Shown here: piece by piece, positions 62,739-64,000 of the stretch | Numbering within the stretch: position 1 is the first letter of the stretch | Layout: every line of letters begins with the position of its first letter | Assembly: GCA_037447605.1 (NCBI GenBank) | Contig: CM074810.1 | Location: 744,001 to 808,000 of the forward strand | Direction of reading: 5' to 3' | Source: Zygnema circumcarinatum SAG 698-1b | Taxonomy: Eukaryota > Plantae > Zygnematophyceae | Length of the DNA stretch: 64,000 nt | Translations under genes and position numbers: made by a program | Notes under the pieces: model-generated | Told to the model about the DNA's origin: nothing | What the model saw: the letters and a program-made list of their open reading frames with translations, nothing else | Database searches by the model: none

Positions 62739-64000
62739 TCAATTCTTGAAAACGCTGGTTATCTCTTTGCACATACATGCGCAGGGAGAGCGGGCTGTTT
62801 CCTTTTGTTTTCCAAAGAAAGTGCGCACTCAACAGATTCGGTAAGCTTGGTAACAGAAAATTAGGTTCCATTGTTGTGTCATTTTCACGCTCGAGATATC
62901 GCCTGAGTAGAGATAAGAGTGAGCCTGTTCGTTTGAATCTGAGTTCGTGTGACGTATCCCAGCCTTCTGCTATTTGCCTCGCAAAGTCAGGGTGCATATT
63001 CCCTAGCAATGGACACTGATCTGACGCACGCCGCACAAACCTTTTTGGTTCCATTTGTGACTAGTTGCAGGCAGAAGTGTTTGGTAATAGCAACACTGCC
63101 AGGAAATATTGCCTTTGTTAGTTTTATAAGGTGCTTATTGTGGCTTACCGTTGATCTGCAGGGCCTAAAGGAGGAAGCTCGCTTTGTCGTTCAGAAATAA
63201 TGTTTCGGGAGTCTGTGGCAAATGACGAGTTCTTTAGATCACCAATTAGAGTCAGCAAATTTTTATCTGTCTCCAGTAGGTTCTTGCTCCTGAACGTCAA
63301 CAGGCTTTAAACAACCTTGGACTACCCCTTCTGCAGCTTAACAGAACAAATGATTCTACGTTGATATGACAAAATGTGTTCAAGTCAATGTTTGAGCCAA
63401 TGTACCCCCCCCTAATTGATGATTCGAACTTTGAATCCAATGCAGGTACACACTTCGTTCTGTTTATCCCTACGAAATAACCAAATTCAGCTCATAGCTC
63501 TTTTCGTTTGTCCCTTAGGTCCTTTGTGACCGGTTCCTCCTGGTTCTCCACGTTGCTTTTTTCCATGTCCATTTCATGGCATCGCCACCGTGAGTTCAAT
63601 GCCAATTGATCTCTCTAAAAATGCTCAAAGGTGTTCAAAAGTGGTCCAAGGTGGTGCTCAGCAAGTGGCCTGCCCCAGCCCATAAGGTGAAGGCCAGTTT
63701 ACCAAGAGCACCCTTCTCAAGGCTGGCAAAGTGGGTTGTGGCCGTGTCCGTGTTCAACGGGTACCGTACCGTTCCACCCCCAGTAAAACTGCACCCAGTT
63801 ACGATAATGTTCCAGGTGCCCAGTTACGATAATGTTCCAGGTGCTCGTACAGTAACTGTACGAAAATATATGGCAGGTGTACTTTTGTACGGAAAAGTTG
63901 AGGCTCAGTGACCGACTGACCGCAGCGCCGACCGGCCGTTACGGTACGGAATGTACGGATAGGCCCATGAAGCGAATTCAGCGGGCAGTCATTTTTGTAA

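Overview
Eukaryotic nuclear DNA with short GT-AG introns, GA/CT microsatellites and three 10-N assembly gaps. It is most likely from the green lineage; a streptophyte alga or non-seed plant is my inference. Recognisable genes are ELP2, two identical tRNA-Asp(GUC) genes in inverted orientation, an Ogt/MGMT-type alkyltransferase, IBA57/CAF17, an HVA22-like gene, a large KP-43-type subtilase with Ig-like repeats and a membrane anchor, dihydroorotase (pyrC/PYR4) and an AAA_33 P-loop kinase. I also assembled by hand a multi-exon, beta-strand-rich gene (1550-4384, minus) that the ORF track mostly misses. The most unusual signal lies at 5.4-34.3 kb. Five intron-poor, low-complexity orphan ORFs share short conserved motifs ([FY]DLxxFR[RQ]RLA; [ST/P]xPLxxP...SP; RVxF-like; KxTQT). 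Two of them sit in a near-symmetric tRNA> <gene gene> <tRNA arrangement. Mobile DNA includes hAT MITEs with 8-bp target-site duplications, a fold-back/MULE-like relic and a possibly self-priming LTR fragment. No CRISPR or rRNA was seen. All calls are by eye, with no database searches.
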